A stretch of 20,000 bases of DNA from Folioceros fuciformis (Eukaryota). Location: the NCBI GenBank assembly GCA_049999805.1, contig JBNGIO010006079.1, positions 179,272 through 199,271 of the forward strand. The letters run 5' to 3'. Numbering within the stretch: position 1 is the first letter of the stretch; every line of letters begins with the position of its first letter. Below, piece by piece: positions 1 through 9,349 of the stretch. The position numbers were made by a program, and so were the translations under genes. The notes beneath the pieces were generated by a model. The model was not told the DNA's origin. It searched no databases and saw only the letters and a program-made list of their open reading frames with translations.

Positions 1-38
1 TGTTGAAGGTAACGACAGACGAGCTCACCTTTTGGTGT

Positions 39-138
39 NNNNNNNNNNNNNNNNNNNNNNNNNNNNNNNNNNNNNNNNNNNNNNNNNNNNNNNNNNNNNN
101 NNNNNNNNNNNNNNNNNNNNNNNNNNNNNNNNNNNNNN
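39..138. other. Assembly gap (100 N)
   Basis: Run of exactly 100 N, a typical placeholder for a gap of unknown size. Confidence 0.99.
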
Positions 139-507
139 CGGATTCCCAGTGTGGTTGTAGCAAAGTTCTTCAAGCTCTTCACGGACACTGATGCCGTTAA
201 GGGTGGCAGTACTCAGTCCAAGGAGCAAAGGAATCTGCTGATCAGTTACATCCTTGTTCTTGGGTTAACCGTGGATGACTTTGTCGCAGATCCACATGAT
301 CTGGCTGTTGAACTCAAAATGACCGTGAACCAGGTGAAGCCTTACTATGTGGAGTTGGGTTGTAAGATGGAACAACAGAAGGGAATTGATAGGTCAGCTG
401 CATCTGTCGACCCTCATTCAGGACGAGGGAAGTTCAGGGTGACTTTGCCTATCCCGCTGAAATTCCCTTTGCTGAACCCAAAGTTCAAGAGAGGCAGGGG
501 GAGGTAG
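139..507 (+). CDS. RPA49: 3' end (partial) of RNA polymerase I subunit A49/PAF53 (RPA49/POLR1E-like)
   Basis: The frame is open from the gap edge (RIPSVVVAKFFKLF) through LLISYILVLGLTVDDF..D..DLA.ELKM...YYVELGCK and VTLPIPLKFP to a basic tail KRGRGR and TAG at 505-507. I recognise this as the plant A49-like C-terminus. The 5' part is lost in the gap. Confidence 0.8.
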   Translation, partial: RIPSVVVAKFFKLFTDTDAVKGGSTQSKEQRNLLISYILVLGLTVDDFVADPHDLAVELKMTVNQVKPYYVELGCKMEQQKGIDRSAASVDPHSGRGKFRVTLPIPLKFPLLNPKFKRGRGR

Positions 508-1355
508 CGAACGTGATTAGCACGTTCCTGCCTCACGACATGCAATCATCTCTCTTACAACTCCCTGCAGGATGAGCTTTTGCTACAACGTAACAGGTTG
601 GACACGGGCAGCATGCTGTTAAATGCGTGTTTGCTCCCTAGTCACTGCAGCTTGAGTGACTTGGTCTGTCTGCGCATCCCAAGGCGCTGGGAGCTTTGGA
701 TACCACTCACATCTGGAGTGCGACCTCGACAGAGTGTTTATGAAGGTTGAGGAACCTTCGAAAGCGACCTTTGCACTCGGGCCAAGGCAGTCCACGCAGC
801 GTCCGAGAAATTGGAGTGGTGATATGGCCTGACTTTGGAACGGCCACAGTCCGGTATACTGGTCTGCAATTCTGTGCATTCACGAAGAACATAGTTGTGG
901 GCTAACGAGACCATGATCTGAGTATCCAACTTGCATGCAATTCAAAATCCTTTGGTGGGGAACTGTGCCTTGAGCATGTATACTTGTGGAGCTCGGCTAG
1001 TAGAGTCGGGAAAGCAAATGTTTTCACTTGGTTGTTCACGAACTCTGATCTTCGAATTTTAGGAAACCCAATGAGGCTGTGCTTTGAGATGCGCTGCTCG
1101 GATGTGTCACAGTGAGGCGTGTGCATCACGGCATGTATGTGTAGTTGCAGATTGTCTGCGAGAGCTGCTTACAGATATAAAAGATGGACCACCTTCCTCT
1201 GCACAGCCTGTGTTTGGGCTGCTCTGCAACGGCAACTCTGGAATGAAAATTCTGAGGCTGCTCTACGACACCAACTATCGGGCTTGCCACACGAACTTCA
1301 ACGTTTAATGAAAATGTGAAGAAATGAACAAGGGTTCAATTCTTCGGTGTTTGCC

Positions 1356-1455
1356 NNNNNNNNNNNNNNNNNNNNNNNNNNNNNNNNNNNNNNNNNNNNN
1401 NNNNNNNNNNNNNNNNNNNNNNNNNNNNNNNNNNNNNNNNNNNNNNNNNNNNNNN
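1356..1455. other. Assembly gap (100 N)
   Basis: Run of exactly 100 N. Confidence 0.99.
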
Positions 1456-2003
1456 GTCCGTCGTCTGATTCTTGCTTGCCTTCTCAAGGCCCCGGTGTCT
1501 TACATTATGGCATGCATGTGCACTCAGATCCATGCTTCCCCGACCGTTTAGTACGAGACCTTGTGGAGTAAGTAGAGGATTCCGATTCCCTCTATGACAA
1601 TCCATGGCTGATTGTTTTTGACATGTTGGGTGGCTCTTGTTGGGTGAGATGTCTGATCTGACCCTTGTAGTCAGACTTCTCGCCGCGAGATCCTCCTTAT
1701 TCCTCCTCGCTCCTCTCGATCAACCTTTACCGGGAAGGCCTCATCGGTTATGGGATTCAACAGGTTACGAGCTCCATACCATCTCTTTCCAACAACACTC
1801 CGTCGTGGCTTCACCTGTTAAGACTCCAACATAGAGCTACCCTTAACATTTCTGGTCATCGGAACGCAAGAGTCCTCAGTAAGCAGCGGCAGGGACGTCA
1901 CTACACATTGCATTCTGTTTTCCCTGGGTATGACGCAGACCATGGGTGGCCGCTTATCTTGAAGTGCAGCCTGGAGTGTGCTAGCGGGGCTTCACATTGG
2001 ATT

Positions 2004-5000
2004 ATGGGGAGTACGAAAAATGTTGTTGGGTCCATCAGCGCTGGCAGAGGGAGCGTTCTCAGTGATTCACATCAACTAGGGGCGGATACTTGGGCTGTGC
2101 TAATCTCAGGGTTTGCCAATTCCGGGCAAGCTAGACAGGCTCTGGAAATCTACGAGGAAATGCGGCAAGATGGAGTTGAGGCAAAGCCACATACCCTTGT
2201 GGATTTGTTGAAGGCTTGCACTTGCTTGTTGGACTTGAAACGTGCCAAGCGGATTCACGCAGACGTGGTAAGAAGTGGTCTCGAGACAGATTTGTATGTG
2301 GGCACGATGCTTGTAAATACTTACGCGAAATGTGGAAGCGTGGAGAACGCTAGGCGGGTGTTTGAGGAAATGCCCCATCGAGATGTGGTATCCTGGAATG
2401 CCATGATAACGGGGTATTCCCAGATGGGCAAGGGTGAAGAGGCTTTGAACCTGTATACAAGGATGCAACAGGAGGGTGTGGTCCCCACTGACAGAACATA
2501 TGTCGGGGCACTAAAGGCTTGCAGTAGCATAGTAGAATCGAGGGAGGAAAACGGTGGTGATCTGACGCTTGTTAGAGAACGATGCCTGGATACTGTGAGG
2601 GCAATTCATGGTGCGGTCCAAAAGGGTAGGTATGAGTCGAATGTGTTTGTGGGAAACATGCTAGTGGATGCGTATTGCAAATGTGGGAGCCTTGAGGATG
2701 CTGAACGGGTGTTTGAAGGAATGCCTGCTCATTCTGTCGTTTCCTGGACTGCCTTGATGTTTGGGTATGCCCAGACGGAACAAGGTGAAGAGGCTTTGAA
2801 ACTGTATAGGCGGATGAGAGAGGAAGGTGTGGTTCCCGACGACCGAGCATATGTCAGCGCACTCAAGGCTTGCAGTAGCATTGCCGAATTGTGGGAAAGC
2901 AATGGCAATGATGGACTATCGAGAAGGCAACACCTAGAAACTGTCAGATCCATTCACTCTGATATTCGCAGGGGAAAGTTAGAGCTGGATGTGTTTGTGG
3001 GAAACATGCTAGTTGATGCGTATGCAAAGTGTGGGAGCTTGCAAGATGCAAGGCAGGTGTTTGAGAAAATGCCACATCGTGACGTAGTTTCTTGGAACGC
3101 TCTGATCTTGGGGTACTCCCAAGCAGACGAGGCTGAGAAGGCTGAGGAGGCCTTGCAGTTGTACACACGCATGCGACAAGAAGGTGCCAGTCCTAACAAC
3201 CGGACGTACGTTGGTGCACTGAAAGCTTGCATTGTCATCGGAGGATCAGGAAATGGGATTGTTAAAGAAAAATGCATGGAAACTGTGACAGCAATACACG
3301 CAGACCTTGGCAATGAGAAGAGTGATTTAGACAAGTTCGTAGGGGCAATGCTGGTGGATGCATATGCGAAATGTGGGAGTCTGGCCAATGCCAGGTTGGT
3401 ATTTGATAAAATTCCTCATCGTGATGTAGTGGTGTGGACCGCCATGATTTTGGGATGTGCACAGATGGAGAAGGGGGAAGAGGCTTTACAGCTCTTTAAT
3501 CAGATGCAAAAGGAAGCCGTGATCCCAAACGAGCGAACATATCTTGGTGCACTCATGGCTTGCAGTAGCATTGCAGAACGTGAGAACACAGAAGGCAATG
3601 CTGAAACACTCCTTAAACAAAATTGTTTTAGAACAGTGAAAGCCATCCACACAGATGTTGAGAGGGCCGGGCTTGAGTCGAACCGGTTCTTGGGGAACAT
3701 GCTAGTGGATGCTTACTCCAAATGTGGGAGTCTGCAGGATGCTAGACGAGTTTTTGAAAGCATGCCTCAACGTGACGTGGTTTCATGGAATTCCATGATC
3801 ATCGGCTGTGCCCAGATGGAGAAGGGTGACGAGGCTTTGCAGTTGTTTGCAAAAATGAAACAGGAGGGCGTCGTCCCAAACGACCGAACATACGTAGGTG
3901 CCCTCAACGCCTGCGGTAGTGTGGCCGCTCTGGAGAAAGGGAAGGAAATTCATGCCCAGATTTTAAACGCTGGCTTGGACGCTGGCTCCTTCATGTGTAA
4001 CAGTTTGATAGATATGTATGGCAAATGCTCGAGCATGGAGGTTGCCCGGCAGTTGTTTGAACTGATGCTCGTCAAAGATATCGTGGCGTGGAATTCCTTG
4101 ATAGGTGGGTATGCCAGACAGGGGGAAAGTGAAGCTGTCTTCGAGCTGTTTGACAGGATGAGGCAGGAGGGTGTACAGCCCAACGAGATCACGTTTGTGG
4201 GTGTCCTCATTGTATGCAGTCATGTGGGTCTGGTGGACAGAGGACAGCAGTACTTCGAGGCTATGAGCAAGGAATTCGGCCTCACTCCTACTATCCAACA
4301 CTACAACTGTATGGTGGATCTGCTCGGCCGTGCAGGCCAGGTATGCAAGGCCATGGAGACTGTGATGACGATGCCCGTCCAGTGTGACAGTGCAGTCTGG
4401 AAATGTGTCCTTGGGGCATGTCAAAAATGGGCAAACGTGGAGCTTGGAAGGCAGGCATTCGAATATGCTACCAGGTTGAATGCAAGTGATGCTGCACCCT
4501 ATCTTCTAATGTCAAACATCTATGCTGCAGCTCACATGCCGGAGGAGGCAAGGAAGGTGCGGGCCATGCGAGTGAACTCACAAGCAAGGAAGGAACCAGG
4601 ACGCAGTTGGTGGATGGATATGTGCGGAAATGCCCACGTGTTCGTAGTCGGGGATCAAATCTCTCCAAACCAACCTAAACCTGTATGCCCAATTGGTACA
4701 ACTTCTGTAGAGAATGAACAAGAACACATACCAGTCGGGAAATTCTCTCTGTGTTGTAGGAGAAGAAGAAGCAGAGTGACATACTTGCATTGTCATATTC
4801 GTTCAATCACGGACTTATCTCTTAGTAAAGGAGGAATTCCTTATTCTCGACTACCCGTCCGCTACCTATGTTCTGGGATCCCAAACGTGTTTCATTCTTT
4901 CTCCGTCGGTCCTTGTCATAGGTGTGTGCCTGGATTCCTATTCCTACGCAAGCAATCAGTAGGCCTTGAGATTCGCTTAACTCCGACCAATTCGATTGGT

Positions 5001-5006
5001 CCTTGA
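2004..5006 (+). CDS. PLS-class pentatricopeptide repeat protein (organellar RNA editing factor): 21 PPR motifs, E1, E2 and a truncated WW-type DYW/E+ region
   Basis: Continuous ORF, open from 1908, first ATG at 2004. Six P-L-S triplets start at 2082 (VVSWNAMI.GY, TYVGALKAC, NMLVDAYAKCGS...A..VF..MP.RD). They are followed by P2-L2-S2 (EITFVGVL..CSH.GLV..G, HYNCMVDLLGRAG), E1 (VW..VLGACQKW.NVELG), E2 (Y.LMSNIYA) and the PG box EPGRSWW at 4593-4613. The true start or an upstream exon is uncertain. Confidence 0.93.
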   Translation: MGSTKNVVGSISAGRGSVLSDSHQLGADTWAVLISGFANSGQARQALEIYEEMRQDGVEAKPHTLVDLLKACTCLLDLKRAKRIHADVVRSGLETDLYVGTMLVNTYAKCGSVENARRVFEEMPHRDVVSWNAMITGYSQMGKGEEALNLYTRMQQEGVVPTDRTYVGALKACSSIVESREENGGDLTLVRERCLDTVRAIHGAVQKGRYESNVFVGNMLVDAYCKCGSLEDAERVFEGMPAHSVVSWTALMFGYAQTEQGEEALKLYRRMREEGVVPDDRAYVSALKACSSIAELWESNGNDGLSRRQHLETVRSIHSDIRRGKLELDVFVGNMLVDAYAKCGSLQDARQVFEKMPHRDVVSWNALILGYSQADEAEKAEEALQLYTRMRQEGASPNNRTYVGALKACIVIGGSGNGIVKEKCMETVTAIHADLGNEKSDLDKFVGAMLVDAYAKCGSLANARLVFDKIPHRDVVVWTAMILGCAQMEKGEEALQLFNQMQKEAVIPNERTYLGALMACSSIAERENTEGNAETLLKQNCFRTVKAIHTDVERAGLESNRFLGNMLVDAYSKCGSLQDARRVFESMPQRDVVSWNSMIIGCAQMEKGDEALQLFAKMKQEGVVPNDRTYVGALNACGSVAALEKGKEIHAQILNAGLDAGSFMCNSLIDMYGKCSSMEVARQLFELMLVKDIVAWNSLIGGYARQGESEAVFELFDRMRQEGVQPNEITFVGVLIVCSHVGLVDRGQQYFEAMSKEFGLTPTIQHYNCMVDLLGRAGQVCKAMETVMTMPVQCDSAVWKCVLGACQKWANVELGRQAFEYATRLNASDAAPYLLMSNIYAAAHMPEEARKVRAMRVNSQARKEPGRSWWMDMCGNAHVFVVGDQISPNQPKPVCPIGTTSVENEQEHIPVGKFSLCCRRRRSRVTYLHCHIRSITDLSLSKGGIPYSRLPVRYLCSGIPNVFHSFSVGPCHRCVPGFLFLRKQSVGLEIRLTPTNSIGP

Positions 5007-5403
5007 GACTTGATTCCCCGCCGCCTACCGTGGTGGTTGGCTTTTGAAGTTCATGAGTTCTGTGATTCTTGAATCTGCCAGCGCGAATCGCCGTGACCCA
5101 CACCGTCAGTGACGGCCTTATCTTGATGCGACGGGAAAACTGTCAAAAGTTGTCAACCTCAGCGATGAAGCCATGTAACATTAGACGACATGATCACGAC
5201 ACCAGAGCGCAGCGAGCCCGTAGCCGAGATTTGTTGGATTGTAGCCGTGGTAATCACGAGAGTAGCGTGCACACCTAGAGGCTCTGTTGTACGCACTGGA
5301 GCAACTCATTGCACCACCACAGCAGTTGGTGATGGATGACGACTGGCTGTTGTGGAGTAGCAGAACGAAGGCAGATGATTCGAGAAGGACCGCATCGCAG
5401 CGT

Positions 5404-5684
5404 CACGTGTAAGCGGGACGCGGGAATAATGCTGGACTAGTACAAACTTTGTGGTTTCTAGACTGGATTGTGAGGCCAGTGTTAGAGCCCGGCTTGCCCT
5501 GTCGGGCGCCAGGATGAACAGGTTCAACGAATGCAGGCGGCAGTGACCCGAGATGCAACCAGGCCTGTAAAGCCCTAGTCACAGATGCAACTAGGCTGGG
5601 AATGCTGCAACCTCATTGGCCTCGCGGGATTACCGTCAGTGCATGAACCTAGCCACGCTGGGATAATGGAAGAAAACGTATATA
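5404..5684 (+). promoter_or_regulatory. Putative Lhcb promoter: G-box CACGTG 5404-5409, reverse CCAAT 5615-5619, EIL-type site ATGAACCT 5643-5650, GATA/I-box-like GGATAA 5661-5666, TATATA 5679-5684
   Basis: Motifs read directly from the sequence. A TATA box about 100 nt before the ATG, with GATA, CCAAT and G-box motifs upstream, is typical of cab/Lhcb promoters. Function is untested. Confidence 0.55.
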
Positions 5685-5780
5685 CAGGCGTCCAAGTGTA
5701 CCCTCCTGCAGCAGCTGACTTGTCTCGTCTTGCTCACTCCGGGCTACAGCTCCCGCTGTGCATCCAGTAGTGGGACAGCC

Positions 5781-7075
5781 ATGACGGCCATTTCCGCCTC
5801 CATCAGCAGCTCCACCTTCGCAGGCCAGTCCGTGCTCAAGGGCGCCAGCGAGCTTTCCCGGAAGGTTCATGGCGGCAAGGCCGTTGAGTCGAGGATCACC
5901 ATGAGGAGGACAGCCAGCTCCAAGCCCGACAGCATCTGGTAGCCCTGTTTACTTGCTCCTCAATTTGCTGCAGCTGTGCACTGTAGTCTTTCGATGCAAT
6001 GCAATGACCTCTTCATTCATTCTACGAGATACTTGCCTCCGCGCAATGGATTCTCCACTTTGATTGCATCCCAACGTTTCCAGCTTCTTGTTTTCCTCCG
6101 TGCAGTAGATTTTCCCCTCTTCTTGCTCAGGTTAAAGGTCTACGTATTCACCGCCTTGACCTTTGCGCAATGGACTCTCTTTTCTATCTACTCTTTCTCT
6201 ATCTGTTGTGGCGTAGATGCTATCTACAATGAGCTTATGCCCTTGGCTGCGTTATACTCGCGTTCAAGTGCTTTGCTCCTCCTCAATGAGCTGCGTTTGT
6301 TACCCTCTCACCTAGACCATGGGATGCAATCGTCCAGACCTGTTCGTTCTTGAATGCATCGAGCTAGCCAGCCATGAGACATGCAACGCGATCTAAATCA
6401 AGGAACACGGATCTTGCTTGTAGGTACGGCCCAGACAGGCCCAAATACCTGGGCCCGTTCTCCGGCGAGCCCCCGAGCTATCTGAAGGGAGAATACCCCG
6501 GCGACTACGGCTGGGACACAGCCGGTCTGTCGGCCGACCCCGAGACCTTCGCCCGGAACAGGGAGTTGGAGGTCATCCACTCTCGCTGGGCGCTTTTGGG
6601 AACACTAGGAATTGTGACCCCTGAGATTTTGGCGCTCAACGGGGTGCCGATCCAAGAACCGGTGTGGTTCAAGGCAGGCGCTGTCATCTTCTCCGAGGAG
6701 GGGCTGAATTACCTCGGTAACCCGGCTTTGATACACGCGCAGAGCATTCTAGCGGTGCTGGCTGCTCAGGTGATTCTCATCGGCGCCGTGGAAGGTTACC
6801 GCATTGCAGGTGGTCCCTTGGGCGAGGTGACAGACCCTCTCTATCCCGGGGGCGCCTTCGATCCTTTGGGCCTAGCAGACGATCCCGATGTCTTCGCCGA
6901 GCTGAAAGTGAAGGAGATCAAGAATGGCAGGCTGGCACAGTTCTCTGCCTTCGGATTCTTTGTGCAGGCCATTGTAACTGGCAAGGGCCCCATCGAGAAC
7001 CTGTTGGACCACCTTGCCGACCCCGCCAACAACAATGCCTGGGCTTACGCTACCAAGTTCGTGCCGGGGAACTAG
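5781..7075 (+). CDS. Lhcb2: Major light-harvesting chlorophyll a/b-binding protein of PSII (Lhcb2/LhcbM-like); join(5781..5938,6424..7075), 269 aa precursor
   Basis: Exon 1 encodes a Ser/Ala-rich transit peptide and [14 protein letters not shown]. Exon 2 encodes [14 protein letters not shown]...ELEVIHSRW...AVEGYR...[10 protein letters not shown]...KEIKNGRLA...DHLADP.NNNAW. Splicing restores the WYGPDR trimerisation motif in frame (810 nt). The RRT N-terminus and this intron position are Lhcb2-like; strict orthology is not established. Confidence 0.95.
5939..6423 (+). other. GT-AG intron (485 nt, phase 2) of the Lhcb gene
   Basis: Donor TG|GTAGCC and acceptor CTTGCTTGTAG|G split the Trp codon. 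The interior is pyrimidine-rich. Confidence 0.92.
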
Positions 7076-7886
7076 ACTGTTCCTCCTACACCGTGTTAAC
7101 TCGATAGAAGCAAGCACGTTCGGAATCACATTTGTCCGGACGGAGCGCGTAGTTTAGCGAAATGCCTTTTGTACAGCGTCGCTCCACAATAATGTACACA
7201 CTGTGAATGTGCTTTGCCTATGAAGTTCTATCAACCGCTGTGCAACTTTGTCCCACTGCCGTCCATTGCATATCTCATTCCCGTGGGAAACTGAAAATAT
7301 GTAATATTTTTTATCCACAAACTTTATAGACATACTTTATTAAAGCTCAATATCATGTCAAAATGACATACCATCATATGTAAATAAACTATATACTATA
7401 TATGTATATTATACATGATATTATTTTATCAATACAAGTAGACGTTCTAGGTTATTTTGCAAGCTCACAATTAAGTTGATCTTGATGTCTCCTTGAGATT
7501 ACATAATGCATATAGATTGTGAACCTAGCTACTTGTGTTGTTACACTTCAAGAAAGGCAAAGGGCAACACCTTTTGAGAGGATATTGCTTAGCTTCCCTA
7601 CTAAGTGTCTGAAATCGAGCTTCCTTGATCCAAAATGGAACGTAACCTTGGGGAAGACAAATCGGTGAGCGAAATTCTTAACCAAGCTAATGAAGTGATG
7701 TGGGATAAGACTTGCATAGATGCTAGTCATCAACAACCATGCAACACAATCTGTGAACAAACCATTCGTGGCAAACCACATAGGATTGAAGTTAGCGAAC
7801 GACAATGGAGTGCAAGTCATGAAGAAGCTATAATAGCATGTAGACAACCATGTCTATGGAACTTTATGCACAAATTAGAGATGATC

Positions 7887-7982
7887 AACTATGGATTGAA
7901 GCAAGTAAACAGCCATGGACAGCCTGTGCAAGGGAACAACCATGGACTAGTGCAAGTGAACAGCAATGGAATGTTGAACAGC
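7887..7982 (+). repeat. Degenerate tandem repeat, unit about 24-27 bp (CATGGA..GCAAGTGAACAGC-like), about 4 copies, cut off by the LTR
   Basis: aactatggattgaagcaagtaaac / agccatggacagcctgtgcaagggaac / aaccatggactagtgcaagtgaac / agcaatggaatgttgaacagc. Confidence 0.6.
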
Positions 7983-8171
7983 TGAGATTATAAACAGTAC
8001 CAAAGAAGCAAGGGCAGAAAGGCAATATCAATCATTATGTGTAAGAAGACCTACAAATATGTCAAGGGGCATAAGTAGTTATAACTGCTAGTCTATCCCT
8101 AACTACCTAAGATGTAACCCTAAGTACATACTAACAATGTATATAATAAGTAATTATTATTTTTCCTAACA
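7983..8171 (-). repeat. 3' LTR (189 bp)
   Basis: Matches 14581-14769 at 185/189 positions by manual alignment, with no indels. TG...CA ends. Confidence 0.96.
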
Positions 8172-8181
8172 CTCCCACTCA
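8172..8181 (-). other. Polypurine tract
   Basis: Minus strand TGAGTGGGAG immediately precedes the TGTTAGG start of the 3' LTR. Confidence 0.85.
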
Positions 8182-8395
8182 TTGTGTACGTATGTCTTAG
8201 CGATACGCCCACCGAACCTGTCCAGAATAGAATAACCCAAAATCGTCCACTCAAGTGTACCAGCAGAACGGGTTCTCTGCACGCGTACAGCAGTGACTGT
8301 CCCGTGCGACATAAAATTCACAGCGCCCAGCCGCAATTCGCATCCCTAATCTCTGCATCAGCTGGACAGAGTTGGAGCATCCACAGCTGGTGAAG

Positions 8396-9349
8396 ATGGC
8401 GAACGATGGCGCGTCCAGGACTTCTGCTCGTCAACAAGACACCACAGTCTTCAAAGAGGAGATCACAGAGAAACGCCAGCTGCCACACACCGCTACGTCG
8501 ACTACAGCACCACCTCGAAACACAGTCCAGGGGTTTGCATCAGCTGCAGAGGAGAGACTGCCCGCTTGAGTGGTAGAGTTCCTTGCACCACGTCCAGTTC
8601 AGCCAAAAGCTCCAGAGTGCATCTGTGAGGCCGAAGCTCTCTTGTGCCCTCGACACGGCAAAATTCCAAAATGGGTGCAACAGTCAGGCTTTGAAGGCAA
8701 CTCAGCGCTGCTGGTGGCCAGTGTGCAGAATTCCAGGAGTCTGCACCTGAGGAACCTGTTGACGCTCCCACTTTTGCTCACAAGCGCTTCTCACCGCGTG
8801 GTCCTTTGAATGCAGTGAAAGCTCTACCACAGGAGGAGGACGAATACATCATGTTGCCTACGCCTCACAACCCAAGACCCTTCACACTGCCTAGAGGAAA
8901 CCGGACCAGGACTGTGAGGTTGATAACAGACGGCAACGGGATCAATGACCCTCTCACTCCTTAGACATACACCTGTATTGTGACTGGAATTACAATGATC
9001 AGAGAGGACTGGTTCAAGTGGGGTGGAGAGCACGGAAACTTCATATCATTTTACAGTAAGTCACTCGCTCACCTCTGAATTGGTTTGCACACTATTGCTG
9101 TGCCTTGAGCATAAGCTGTGAACTTACAACCTAACTACAATGTCTGAACAGAGAATGCATGAGGAGGCTGGAGTGGAATATCCTATGGAAGACGAGGACA
9201 CAGATGAAGAACCAACAGACCACAATTTTGACTCCAACTTTCAGGAACTCCTTAGAAGGAATCAAAATGAGGACAGACCTAATCTGTTCTTTGGTGAGCC
9301 AGATAACAGTGGCTCAAACTCCGATAACAATTCTGTGTCTAATTTCTAA
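8396..9349 (+). pseudogene. Possible degenerate antisense extra ORF(s) in the Copia 3' internal region
   Basis: ATG 8396 (AAGATGGC context) opens a frame to 8809 with one internal TGA (LPA*VVEFL, plausibly W) and a CxC-x7-CPRH motif. An acidic segment ends at 9349. Continuity between the pieces is unclear. Confidence 0.4.

Noticed and set aside
619-1319. Possible minus-strand exons between RPA49 and the second gap
   Set aside because: Some splice-like sites and short ORFs, but no recognisable domain or consistent gene model.
1637-1834. Short ORF as a targeting-peptide exon of the PPR gene
   Set aside because: Composition is plausible, but I found no convincing in-frame splice pair; needs cDNA.
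2106-4424. Many antisense ORFs over the PPR gene (and likewise over Copia pol)
   Set aside because: Shadow ORFs of real coding sequence, with no independent support.
5976-6353. 125-aa hydrophobic ORF
   Set aside because: Entirely inside the pyrimidine-rich Lhcb intron; the hydrophobicity reflects T-richness.
6374-6423. ATG 6374 as the Lhcb start (MRHATRSK...)
   Set aside because: It lies in the intron. The transit peptide and RRT...SIW are in exon 5781-5938, and splicing restores WYGPDR.
7290-7440. AT-rich stretch with short palindromes as a MITE
   Set aside because: No clear terminal inverted repeats or TSD.
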